This document shows positions 26,921 to 39,902 of a stretch of 64,000 nt of DNA, piece by piece (within the stretch, counting starts at the first letter, position 1; every line of letters begins with the position of its first letter). Source of the DNA: Octopus sinensis (Eukaryota); NCBI RefSeq assembly GCF_006345805.1, contig NC_043014.1, positions 18,290,001-18,354,000 of the forward strand, given 5' to 3'. Below the pieces are notes generated by a model, which saw only the letters and a list, made by a program, of their open reading frames with translations, was not told the DNA's origin and made no database searches. Both the position numbers and the translations under genes were made by a program.

Positions 26921-27212
26921 TGTAATTTCAATCAATTGTATATTGTCCTCCCTCTTGTATAGGAGTGTGGCTACAATCCAGCCTACCTCTACTTCTGGAG
27001 GTGGGGGGGCATTTAAATTTTTTTTCCGGGACGTCCTACGTCCCAAGTATATAGGTAGAAATAACATATTTCCACTTTGCAAGTTCGAGTCGAGTACTCC
27101 CTTACACGCTCCGTTGACTCGAACCTTGCTTTTATTGGGGCGAATTTACCGCCTCTGATTAGATATCTTTCATAGTCACACCAAGACACTTTTCGAAGGT
27201 GCTTTCCTCCAT
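26921..27212 (-). pseudogene. Fragment of a paralogous gag-like ORF1
   Basis: MEESTFEKCLG...RGGKFAPIKARFESTERVREYSTRT/QSGNMLFLPIYLGRRTSR...PPEVEVGWIVATLLYKREDNIQLI aligns by eye with MEAIEEAF...KGLEYGTITVQFKNEKAARNIAAK...FYLFPSYLNRRTTRI...PPHLEGELITAAVIKGNEDKVDIL of the adjacent ORF. Confidence 0.7.
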
Positions 27213-27359
27213 GTTATTTCTTTATTACCCACCAGGGGCTACGAAGAATGGCGGACATAACAAAACATGGGGGACAGAACAATATGATTAAATTTATGAG
27301 CAAATGAAAATGAAAAAATGATAATATGAAAGCGATGCTAACGGCCCCCTCCGCCAGCA

Positions 27360-28713
27360 TCACTTACCTGTTCTTTGGTTTTCACTGTCACCTGAATGTT
27401 CATTCCCAATACGAAGACCATCCATATCCATTCTTACTCCGAAACTGTCCTCCATATATTCCACGAATTCATCGCTCATTCTTGTATCTTTCACCTCCCA
27501 ATTCTCCCTTTCACACCTCAACACAAACTCATATATATTCTTCTTTTCCAGCACTGCATATCTGGTCCCATCCATTTCATACCATTCATACTCCTCCATT
27601 ACCCTTTCAACCTCTTTCTGTTCAGTCACAATATAAATGTTCGGCCTGGGTTCGTTTTCAAACTCTTGTCTGTCTGTATTATTATTTTTCTTTTGTTTTC
27701 TTGTTGGAGGGGAGCGGGTGATTTCACTGTCTGCAGGGGAAGGGTGGGATTCAGAGGGTGCGGGTGGTGTTGGAGTGGGTTGGGGCTTCGCACAGTTTTT
27801 CTTTTTCTTTCTTTTTCTCTTTTTTCTTTCTTTTTCTCTTTTTTCTTCCTTCTTCCCACTCTTGTTGCATCTCCTCTTCTGTCGTTTCTTTTTCCCTTTG
27901 GTTCTCTTTGGTTTCTTCATCTTTTGGGGCTTCCGCAACGATTTCCTTTTCTTTTTCCTTTGGTGGGGAAGGGCAGTAGGCTCTTATGTGACCCCTCAGG
28001 CCACACTTGTAGCACCTGGGCGCCCTACCCTCCACCCACACTCTCATAATAATATTTCCAGTTTTTATACTGTCCGTAAGCTTTTCTATAACTTCCGCCT
28101 CCGTCTGTATGTTCATTACTAGTGTGGCACCTCTCACGCCTTCATATTTTATAATGGCATGGAGGATGTCCACTTTATCTTCATTTCCTTTGATAACCGC
28201 AGCCGTTATTAATTCGCCCTCTAGGTGTGGAGGTATTCCTTCCACCCTAATTCTGGTGGTCCTTCTATTCAAATACGAAGGGAACAAGTAAAACTTTTCT
28301 GTACTCACCACCTTGGCTGCTATATTCCTGGCTGCTTTCTCATTTTTAAATTGTACCGTTATGGTTCCATATTCTAATCCTTTTGTCATGTACACAATTT
28401 CTTCTCCTGTCTGTTTGAAAGCCTCTTCAATTGCTTCCATGTTAATCACTTCCATTTTTCTACCTCCATTCATAAATACTTTATATTTAATGGTTCTACG
28501 ATGGAACCAGTCTCCGCGCCCTGCTAGAGGCAACAGCTCAACCTCTCCGTTCTCCTCCTCCTTCATGAACTCCTGGAAGTCCGTCAACTTAGCCAGGTCT
28601 ATCTCTTTTTCTGTTGACTTCTTCGCTATATCTGCGTAGGTGCTTTCCATTTTTTTCACCGCCAACTCCTCCTCAGATGTCGACGAATTTTCAGAGAAAT
28701 TTCTCCCTTCCAT
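27360..28713 (-). CDS. Gag-like ORF1 with CCHC zinc knuckle (L1/Tx1-type retroelement ORF1), one frameshift
   Basis: 320-aa ORF 28713-27751 contains CYKCGLRGHIRAYC, preceded by an RRM-like region and followed by a Lys/Glu-rich tract. It continues in the frame of ORF 27938-27360 after an A-rich run (~450 aa if joined). Confidence 0.75.
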
Positions 28714-29439
28714 CTCATCCGTTTGGTAAGGCGGCTCATAGTCGCCTCAGACCGAAAAACGGCCTCCCGAACAGAAAACGTGCGACGCACAGAACCAGTG
28801 CGACGCGAAACCGCACCAACCGACGTTCCAATTCCGCAACCACAATTCACTTTTTGTTCTTTTTTCTTTTTGAACCGAATTTTACAGAGCGCAAAAAAAA
28901 CGCGACCTTTTTTCTCTACATTGTATACTTTATAGACAATAGTCTTTTCTTTATTTTAATTTTTTATTATCCATCTGGACTATTCCATTTCTGCACGCTA
29001 ATTTTTATTTTATTCCCATTCACGTGAAACCACTTATTCAAGATCAAGTCATTCATGCAATTTTATACCAATTGCTATTTTTACTTTTTTTATGTTACGA
29101 TTATATTATACTTTAGTTTGATTTTAATTATTACTTACTACGTATAATTCAATTGTTATTATTATTTTTATTGTTAAAGTAAAAGTATCTGACATAAAAT
29201 AGAGAAATGTTTTTGTTTCACTTTTAACACGTAATACTGAAATAGTGGGGAAGATATGATATTGCTATGGGCTCGCTCTAGGCAAGAAGTTGAACATTTT
29301 TTTTTGCCCATGAACCTACAAGGACTCAAAGTAAGGCATGTGTAAAATTTGAATGAAATTGGTTGTGTAGTTCTTAAGTTTTAGGGAAACACACAGACAG
29401 ACAGATAGACAAACACACATTCTCAGTTTTATATATATA

Positions 29440-30154
29440 CTAGCATTAAAGACCCGTCTTTGCCGGGTCATAGTGCTAGTGCATGTTTATATGTGTATAT
29501 ATATGTGTACATATTACATGTACATCTATATATATACATCTACACATAAAATGCAAAATACGAAGTTATATCTTGATATCGCTAGTGATAACAATACTCA
29601 AAATATATAACAGACTGGAATTGTTAGCTCTTCTTTTTTCTCTACATTGTATACTTTATAGACAATAGACTTTTCTTTAATCTAATTTTTCATTATCCAT
29701 CTGGACTATTCCATTTCTGCACGCTAATTTTATTTTTAATGTATTCCCATTCATGTGAAACCACTTATTCAAGTTCAAATAATTGATGCAATTTTATACC
29801 AATTGCTATTTTTACTTTTGTTATGTTACGATTATATTATACATTAGTTTGATTTTAATTATTATTTACTACGTATAATTCAATTGTTATTATTATTTCT
29901 ATTGTTAAAGTGAAAGCATCTGACATAAAATAGAGAAATATTTTTGTTTCACTTTTAAATAGTGGAGAAAATATGATATTGCTATGGGCTCGCTCTAGGC
30001 AAGAAATTGAACATTTTTTTGCCCATGAAACTACATGGACCCTAAGTAAGGCATGTGTAAAATTTGAATGAAATTGGTTGTGTAGTTCTCAAGTTTTAGG
30101 GAAACACACAGACAGATAGACAGACACACGTTCTCAGTTTTATATATATAAAGA
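29440..30154 (-). mobile_element. Non-autonomous Helitron unit 2 (715 bp)
   Basis: Minus strand begins A|TCtttatatatataaaactgagaac...tgtctgtct and ends with hairpin plus CTAG at 29440. The pair sits between host A and T with no TSD. Confidence 0.85.
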
Positions 30155-30404
30155 TGACAGGCATAAGGAGACACCTCGGCGGACAGCTTAGATATGAGTA
30201 GAAGTCACCTCATTTTCTCGTGACTGGAAGAATTTAAAATTACACTCGTTTAAGAATAGATGCTGAATAGAGGCGGGATGAGTTATGGGGTTTTCAGAAA
30301 CAAATTCTTGTGTGTTTATGAGGCATATTTGTACTTATATATATGTATACATATTTATGTTTGTGTAAATTTACATCTATATACATTTAGGAATATATAT
30401 ATAT

Positions 30405-30463
<59 letters not shown>

Positions 30464-30679
30464 TTCTTACATATAAATACATATATTGGAAGCTACATAG
30501 ATTTATCTATCTATATATCTGTCTGCCTATCTGTCTGTTAGTATGTATGTATGTATGTGTATATGCATATGTACATATCTATTTTTTTAAAATTATTTTT
30601 CCTTCGTAGAATTCAAGCCGGTCGCTAAAACGGTGCTATAACGAATGTATAAGTGTGTAAATACATGCACATAAGTTAT

Positions 30680-30711
<32 letters not shown>

Positions 30712-33521
30712 AATTGCACGTATTTTTGTCAGTGAACAGGTCGCGGTCTTAAAGCGACGAAAATATTTTGACAAATTAAACTTAAATGTGGAAGTGAATC
30801 GAACAGCTTTTGTGTGTTTCTTAAATGGCTTTCAAATACCTTCCACGCTGCAATTGTTTTCGTTTCAGCACGCGTTCTCAGATCAAATCACTTGCTATGC
30901 AAGTACATCTCCTATATATATATATATATATATAAGAGTACCTATGTATGCTCGTAAGATCGTATGTATGTATGTATGCATGTATGTATGTATGTATGTA
31001 TGCTCGTAAGATCGTATGTATGTATGTATGCATGTATGTATGTATGTATGCATATATGCATGTATGTATGTATGTATGTATGTATGTATGTATGCATACA
31101 TGCATGCATGTATGTATGTATGTATGTATGTACGTGTATTTTATAGTTAGAAGGATCAAAGCTGGTAAGAAATGCCGAGACTATTTCACTGTGGGTGTGC
31201 TACTTAAAAAGCCATTTTCGTAGAGGGATAAACTAGAGACAATAGGAAACTACCACAGCAATTGTACATTTCCTCATACTAAAGGATCAGAAGTAAGTGC
31301 TGCGGTACGACAGGCAAGTGAAATCGCAGGTTGTGCGCTGCACAATAAGCCACATTAGACTTCGTAGTAATCGTTTTGCAAATATTGTGGTAGTACTGAT
31401 GGAGGTGGTGGTGGTGGGTAACACTTTCCCGTAGGCGATTGCCAAACGATTTCCTCTCCGGCGCTATATATAGGGAATATTCTTCTCGTATACTGAAGTA
31501 TTGCAGCTGCGAATTAACTGGCGGGAAATAATTGTTTTAGTGTTGGTGCAGGTGTTAAAAGTGTGAAGTTACATTGCAACAGCAGGTATAGAATGGAAAT
31601 ATAGGTATTTATGACAATGGACTCGTCCAATCAGTTGTCTGGAAGTAGAATAACACTATGTATATGTAAACACACACGCACAACACACATACACATATAT
31701 ATGTATATATATATATGTATATATATATATATGTATATATATATGTATATATATATGAGTATATATGTATATATATATATATATAATATATATATATATA
31801 CATACATACATGCACACATATTTGTATACATCATTAAGTAAGGTTGGGAGAACGGTTTGAATAAGCATATAAAAGCTAACATTCTATTATGGGAAATGTA
31901 TATGTCGATAGTTGGTCAAGTTAGATATATTTTCCCCACGACTGAATACTTTTAAACACGGTAGGAATACAGTAAAATGATGCCAACTGACGATACCAGT
32001 TCTTTTGGATTGCACCAAGCTGTGCCTATGTAATTTAGGATGATCCTTGGATGGAATATAAAATATAACATGTATGTACAGGGTGCTGTGAATAAATTGT
32101 CGTCTAAATTACGGAAAAATGAAAATAACGCTGATATCTCATTTTAACAGATATTTTTACCAACATATCTTGAAATACTTAACATTAGTTGGTCTTAATA
32201 TTAGTTAGTAAGAATAGACCCCCTTTTGTTTGTAATTGGCTATCCTGTTGCAGGTTCAATCCGAGGAATATTGAAATAATATCTATCTTGTCCGGAGAGC
32301 ATCACAAGAGGGATGAGTGTGTGAAACACGTTTAAGGCTGTTGTCTTGAACACGAATGAGAATATCATGATTTTCAATGGGATCACAAACCATAAGGATG
32401 GTTTCTTCATTAGATGTGGGCTCATTAAAACAGCGTAAAATGCTTTTACTATAGTTTATTATAGATGTAACGAACGCAGAAACACACACATACACTCATA
32501 GAATTGATAATATTGAAAACAGTAAAACGTACACATAAGAAGTTCAAGTGAGACATAATGTAGTGAATAGAGTTACAAAACATTCTTTCTGTAGCATAGT
32601 TATGCTATAAAAAAATGGTAAGTCACTAATTTAGCGAAAGTTAGTATGCATCACCAATGTAAGAAAGTACAGAAAGTCAACATTTATTTGGAACATGTAC
32701 TAAATGTTATGAAACTCACGATTGAATGAATATCACGGTGGAGAAATTGAAAGTCCAAGAAAATTCAGAAAACATAATTCAATTTCTTACACAAAAATAA
32801 TTTATTTTACAAATTTGAAATAAATGCTGAACCAAGTTAGAAAGAGTGGAAAAGAGCTGCTGAGGCTTTCTACTTCGCCAAGTTTCCGAATTTGTTATAA
32901 TATCCAGAGTAAGATTTTTTTTAGATATACTTTCGAGTATTGTGAGTGCTGTTAAATCAGCCAAACATTCATGTTGGTAGTACTTGAAAGTGGACGTTGT
33001 TTATTTGGAGTCCAAGCCGCAAGGAAACTTTCGATATCGGAGCATTTCACTGTTGTGCGGGGAGTTACATTCATAAAGTAACACGTACACACACACGTGC
33101 ATTAACGCATACGTAAATCCTATCTCTGTCCCTCTGTGCGTCTGTCTCTGTCTTTAGATGTGTGTGTATGCGTCAGACGTCCCAAAAATGTATTTATACT
33201 AACCTACAGAAACTCTGTCACACACATACTTGTCAGTCATTAGCCTAACGTACGTAACGAACGCGCAAACACATAGAATATGTGACGTCATCATCGTTAT
33301 GGTAGTGGTATATGATGTTCACAATAGGTGACTAAAAGAAAAATTACTATCTTGAATCTTTGTAATGCAAAAAAGTGAGTGAAAAAGTTTCGTTGGTAGC
33401 CAAAAGCTTACTGAATCTTTTGATACCCACACGTCAAACACGGCAACTCGGTTTTGGAATGCATAAAGAACATACGCACACACACACATACAAACTTTCT
33501 TTTATATATATGATATATATA

Positions 33522-33569
<48 letters not shown>

Positions 33570-33796
33570 CGTGGTTGCTGTTTTTTTGCAGAACAAGTTC
33601 ATCTCTTCAGTTAGTAAATACTGTCCTGTGCTTTCATATGACTACCATGTACAGCTTTGGACAAGCAGACCATATTGTAGTTATATTTTTGAGAACGGAG
33701 TATCCGTTCCTAGTTCAATTCAATGGGTTTCAAATGCTTTGCAACCATCGGAAATCATTTCTCAGCAAACCGATCGACGTTCCGGCATCTTGTCCC

Positions 33797-33827
<31 letters not shown>

Positions 33828-34026
33828 ATATCGACAGCCAATGGGAGACAATCCTCTTTGTTGACATTAAGTAGCGAGCTCCTTTCATCTTCCATATTCT
33901 ATAGAAGCCAGTCACTAGGGAAGCCTTTATCCAACAGGTTTTGGGATCTGATGATACGTCATAAAGCCAGGCCCTTTATGGGCATGAAACTGAAAGTAAA
34001 CCCATAAACCGGCCTTATATATATAC

Positions 34027-34087
<61 letters not shown>

Positions 34088-34102
34088 TATATATAATATA
34101 TA

Positions 34103-34290
34103 TTGTATAAAGAGCCTGGGTAAGTCCAAAGCAATGCGAAGTAAATGCAAGGTAAATCACAAGAAAACAAATATATGAATTGATGTAAACTTAGAAGGTA
34201 AGTCTACATTAATTCATATATTTCTTTTCTTGTGATTCACCTTGCAATTACTTCGCATTGCTTTGGCCTTACCCACGATCTTTTATACAA
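34103..34290. repeat. Long inverted repeat (~90-bp arms, 7-nt loop)
   Basis: ttgtataaagagcctgggtaag...atgtaaactt / aagtctacatt...cttacccacgatcttttatacaa; about 90% complementary by eye. Confidence 0.9.
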
Positions 34291-34926
34291 AATATTCTAT
34301 ACAATGCTTCATTGTAATTATTCCATTATATATATATATATATCTGTGTGTATGTGTGTATTTTAATGAAATTAAGATTTTGTTTATATAGACATGATTA
34401 GAACGAGTGCTATGACGAAACAAACAATATAATTATATATGCAATGTAGTAATAGACAAAGAAAGCGAAAGGAAAACTAAATATATCTCAATGAAACTAT
34501 TATATATATATATTCATATATATGTATGTGGTTGTATATATATATGTGTGTGTATATATATATATATCATTTTGACCAAGTGTTTAAGTCGCTAATCTCA
34601 TGGTTATTAATTGCTGGGTTTGATTGTCGGACCAGACGGCATTTTCTCTAAGCAGTAGCTTTTCTTCTGCTTCTGCTTAATCAAACCCCGTATAAACTCT
34701 GCGCACACGGCCCTAGAGTGAAAGTATCCTTTTTACACACACACATACACACACACATGTATGCATGCATGTGTGTGCGTGCATATGTATGTGTATAAAT
34801 ACGCGTTTGTGTATATCTCTTGGTTTGTGTGCATGCATTAACGCGTTCAAAAACACAGCTATGCAAACACACTCGCATATGCACAGTCACACACAAACGA
34901 AAGAATTTTGTGTGTGTGTGTGTATG

Positions 34927-34957
<31 letters not shown>

Positions 34958-35108
34958 GAGGGAGGGAGATAGAGAGAGAATAAGAGAAGCGGTAAGACTG
35001 TTATCTTTAGATGTTCTTTCCATCCTCTCTCGGTATATACATATCTGCGTGTGCATGCGTGTGTGTGTATGTATGTATGTACCTATGTATGTGTATATAT
35101 ATATATAG

Positions 35109-35177
<69 letters not shown>

Positions 35178-35684
35178 ACATTTTTAAAATTACACACTTG
35201 CACACACCATACGCTCCCAAAGACACACACACATAATTGTGGATCCGCAAGTCGCAGCCAATGAGATGGCATATACGAAATGTCTGGTGCTGGGTTTGGA
35301 GTTCACTATTATTTTAACATTTCACACTCTCTAGTCAGTACCCCTGACTTTAGTAAATCAACTTCTTTACTTCCTGTATCAATTTATCATTAAAAAAATA
35401 TATATGCTGATGTCGGTGTTTGTGGTATTCATAAACATGATGGTGCTGTTACTGCTGCTGTTTTTTTTGTTTAGCCCCGAGTCAGGCAAATATAAGATCA
35501 ATAGGTATTAAATCCGTGATCATGGCTTGCAAATATGGCTTTCTGGTGCAGAAAATTGCTTTGCAACCCCATATTTTGGGATTGAATCCCGCTGTGCGTC
35601 ACTGGTCAAGCGTCTTCTACGAAAGCACCGGGCCAATACTTTGTTAGTGAATTTGGTAGACGTGAACTGTGTGGTAACCCGTCG

Positions 35685-35798
<114 letters not shown>

Positions 35799-36375
35799 CA
35801 TGTTTGTTCGTATGTGTAGGTGTGCGTGTGGTTATGTTTCTCCTCACTCCCACCACTCGCACAACTGGACATCGTTTGTTTACGTCTCTATAACCTACTG
35901 ACTCGTCCAAAGGGACGGACAGAATAAGTACCAGACTTATAAACTGGGGTCGTTATATTCCACTAAAACATTCAACCCGAGTGCCCCAGCATGTTCGCAG
36001 TTCAATTTCATATTTTCTTTTATTTTTCAAGCCTTGCGTAACCTGCTCTGCGATATCAAATTCAATCTCATTTGATAATGTGCATCTTACGGAAATCTTG
36101 GCTGCTATTTCAAATGCCTTGAGAGACCATGAAGAGAATCCTTGGGTTACTGGTGGTTTCTAAGTATGATGAGTGGTTGGTGAGTGGGGATTTTCATCTG
36201 AATTATGTAGCATTTACCTTTTGATCTGTGAGTGTGTTTGCGTGTGTGTTTTTTGTGCTGTGTATGTGCCCTTGTTTGCCTGCACATGTGTGCAGTTCGA
36301 CTGTCGCATTATCTTTTTTCTGTTTGTCTCTCTCTCCCACTCTCTCTCTCTCTCTATGTATGTATGAATGTATGT

Positions 36376-36418
<43 letters not shown>

Positions 36419-36422
36419 AATA

Positions 36423-36617
36423 CAGGGTGTCCCAGAAGTTGCGCACTACCCCGGTTTTATAAAAATAATACACCCTAATTGATTTCAAAAACACGTTTTC
36501 AAAATAATCATAAATGCTTAAATTGAGCAGCCTCTGCAATAAAAAAAATGCATCAGTTATAAAAGTAAAATGAATTGCGTGAAAAAACCAGAATGGTGCG
36601 CGACTTCTGGGACACTC

Positions 36618-36619
<2 letters not shown>
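36423..36619. mobile_element. Tc1/mariner-type MITE
   Basis: TIRs cagggtgtcccagaagttgcgcac / gtgcgcgacttctgggacactctg, inserted in (TA)n. Confidence 0.8.
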
Positions 36620-36703
<84 letters not shown>

Positions 36704-38404
36704 AAGTATGGGGGTTTAGTTCACAGGTGATCTAAAACGATTAGGCACGCTAGGTAAGTACTGTAACGGATTACTAAGGCTCCAAGGTTATAGCCGAGAC
36801 GGTAGTTATGGAGACATTGCAAATTTCCGATGCAGCGGATATATAATTGTTATCCAATAATAATGTGTCAAAATGTCTTGAGATGCTTGCCTTGCTTTAA
36901 CGTGTGTTGTCCTTTTTAACAATTCTGTCTCTATATATATCGTTGCTATTATGCGAAAGTGTCGTAAGTCTGAAACGTAGCTTTTCAAAGAACGAAAAAA
37001 TAGATTTACTATTCCATTTTTTTTATTTATTAGCAATAGTTTACGTACATATATTTTGTATTGTAGTATGATTATAGACATTTATATATCTATTTATTTA
37101 TAATATATGTGGATGTGTGTGTTTGTATATATGTGTATTTGATGATGTGTGTATATACATTTATTTATTTGTATGTGTGTGGGTGTGTATATATTGGTGT
37201 AAGTGTATATATTGAGTATTGTATGTATGTACATGTATGTATGAGTGTGCATATGTGTATGGGTGTAAGTGTGTGTATATATGTGTGTATATATGTATAT
37301 ATATATGTATGTGTATGGATATTTTCTTATTTATAATTTTTATGTATTTATTAATCTTATTAGATTTTTAGAATATATTTAATAATAAGTGGTTTTTAAT
37401 CATTTAATTTATTTTGTATTAAGTTTCATTTATCATAGTTATTTTATTAATAAATATTATAGTACAGAGAGATTTTATTCTGTATTTGTGAATTCATTCT
37501 TCTTACAATAATAAACATATAATTTTCCATTCATAATCTTTAATAAACGTAGGTTCCTCACGCGTAATGAATTCTTCAACAATTTATTCTTTTTTTTGCT
37601 AATAACGTAATTCCATGAGTATTCTTATAAACGCTGTATAAGACGTTTTTTGAATCAAAATTTTAGTTCATTGTTTAAACCTCGCCAAGATAAGTATGTA
37701 TCTTTTTAAGATCTTCAAATTGTAAATTTTAATATTGTGTAAGCCTTTGGAGTAATAATATTCTCCTTATGTAAATATCGTTGTTTATGTAACGATCTAA
37801 TTATCGTAATTTTCTATGTTATTAGATATTAAATAAATTAGATAAACTTTGATAAAATCAGATATGTTTCGACTAAAGATTGGTCTAGGCCATGTCTAAT
37901 TTAATAGCATAATTTATATTAGATAATTATTCCCATTCATAATTATATTTATAGTACTTATAGTATTTATTTGATACTATATTACTAAGAATTGAATATT
38001 TCTATAAGTATTTTACATAAGATTTTGAAAGCCTGCTTAAGTTAGTTTATCTGTATTTTGAAATTAGCTATTTCATCTTTAAATATGAAAAATTAAATTT
38101 ATTAGGTTTTCATTATATACAATTATTTATAGAGATTATTTTAGATCTTGATTATAATATTTATATATATTTTCATTGATAATTTATATATATTAGTCAT
38201 TTTAAATATTTATGTAATTAGATATAGACTAATATTGATATTAGATTATGGGTTTTCTAGCTTATAAATTGAAGTTAATATTTAACATTATAGTCGATTT
38301 CGATATAATCATATTTAATAATAGAGTTTATTATAAGTAAAATTATTATATTATATATATTATTTATATCTTAAAAATATCGATTATATTTTAGATATTT
38401 AAAC

Positions 38405-38468
38405 CATCTGATGAATGACTGCGACTCAAAATTTTGAAGAAGTTAGCAGGCATGAAACGATCGTAGTG
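38405..38468 (+). ncRNA. Minimal type I hammerhead-like motif
   Basis: CAU-CUGAUGA-augacugc...gcaggcau-GAAA-CGAUCG-UA-GUG; palindromic stem III. Confidence 0.6.
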
Positions 38469-38721
38469 TGATATTAATTATATTTTTTAAATAATTTTGT
38501 TATATATTTAAATAATATAAATTAAATAATCTTATGTATTGGCTTAAGTTTTCATAGTTTGATTTGCCTAATAGTGGTTTTGTCTCTAATTTAATATAAT
38601 ATATATTATATATATATATATAATATATATAATATATGAATATATATATATTATATATATATATTATAATATATATATATATATATATATAATATGGATA
38701 TATATATATATAATATATATG

Positions 38722-38761
<40 letters not shown>

Positions 38762-39869
38762 CAGAGAGAGAGAGAAAGAGAGAGAGGTTGTTAGATATAT
38801 GAAATTGTATATTAGCAGCAGTTACATATATATATATATATATAAATATAACTTACTTGTAAAAGGATGCGTGGCGTTCGATCATATAATAATATAAATA
38901 ATATATAAATATATGCATATATACATAATACATACATACATGTACATACCTACATATATATGTATATATACATGCATATATGGGTACAAGACATAAAAAA
39001 ATGTCGTTGAACACAGTGAGAAACGAAAGCATAAAAACAAAAACGTAGAAACGAACTTTTTTTCGTACAACGAAAAATCAAACAGAAACAATACATGCAA
39101 CATAAAGAATATTCCCCTTCATCCCTGTTTCATCTACTCCAATACGTATATATATATATATTTATAGGTTGCTAGATATATGAAATTGTATATTACGTAT
39201 ATGTGTATAAATATTGTGTATGCATATATGTATGAGACAAATAATAAAAATAGTTTCAAATTTTGCCACAAGAGTAGCCATTGAGGAATGGGATGAGTCG
39301 ATTACATCAACTTCAGTGTTCAAATGTTACTTGTTTTATCGAACACGAAAAGATGAAAAGCAAAGTCGACCTCGGCGGAATCTGAGACAAATAATAATGA
39401 TAATCCCCTATTCACATCTTCACATTAATACAAATATACACAAAATGACACAAAAAGAAACAAGGAACCCAAGTGTGATAAATAAGGCACATAATACAAT
39501 AAGGAATTTAGTAACAGTTTTAGCATTTCAAATGAGGCAATTTCGTTTAAAAGCCACAAATTATGAAGTTATCGAAGGACCTGATTGCAATCAGAATCCC
39601 AACATACATACAGATTTAATATTTGAGGTGTTTTGTTATTGGGTGTAGTCTTCGGCCAGTCTATCTTACCATAAGAAAACAAAGGTTGGTGATAAAACCA
39701 TGCATGTTTCAATTCATACTTTGGTCTAGGAAAGATACGTATATTTAAAGACTGATCGGATTATGTATGTATATGTTTGTATGTATGTATAAATCTATCT
39801 TATACATACATACATACGTCTACCTAAACACATCACACACACACATACATACACATATATATGTATTTG

Positions 39870-39902
<33 letters not shown>

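Larger units (their letters stand above)
26720..29439 (-). mobile_element. Non-autonomous Helitron unit 1 carrying a ~2-kb insert
   Basis: The minus-strand 3' end is the hairpin gacccg-N7-cgggtc followed by CTAG|T (26720). Outside 26919-28906 it is colinear with unit 2. Confidence 0.8.

Noticed and set aside
27396-28122. Plus-strand ORFs of 217 and 161 aa
   Set aside because: Antisense shadows of the purine-rich gag-like ORF.
27360-28713. Domesticated host zinc-knuckle gene or LTR-retrotransposon gag
   Set aside because: Intronless, inside a Helitron, ends in a SINE/LINE-type tail, and no LTRs, PBS or protease were seen.
30943-31130. Duplicated gctcgtaagatcg unit within (TATG)n
   Set aside because: Ordinary slippage duplication inside a microsatellite.
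33600-34010. Possible Tc1 transposase C-terminal remnant (minus strand)
   Set aside because: Only faint resemblance to the SPDLNPIE and terminal W motifs; too degraded to call.
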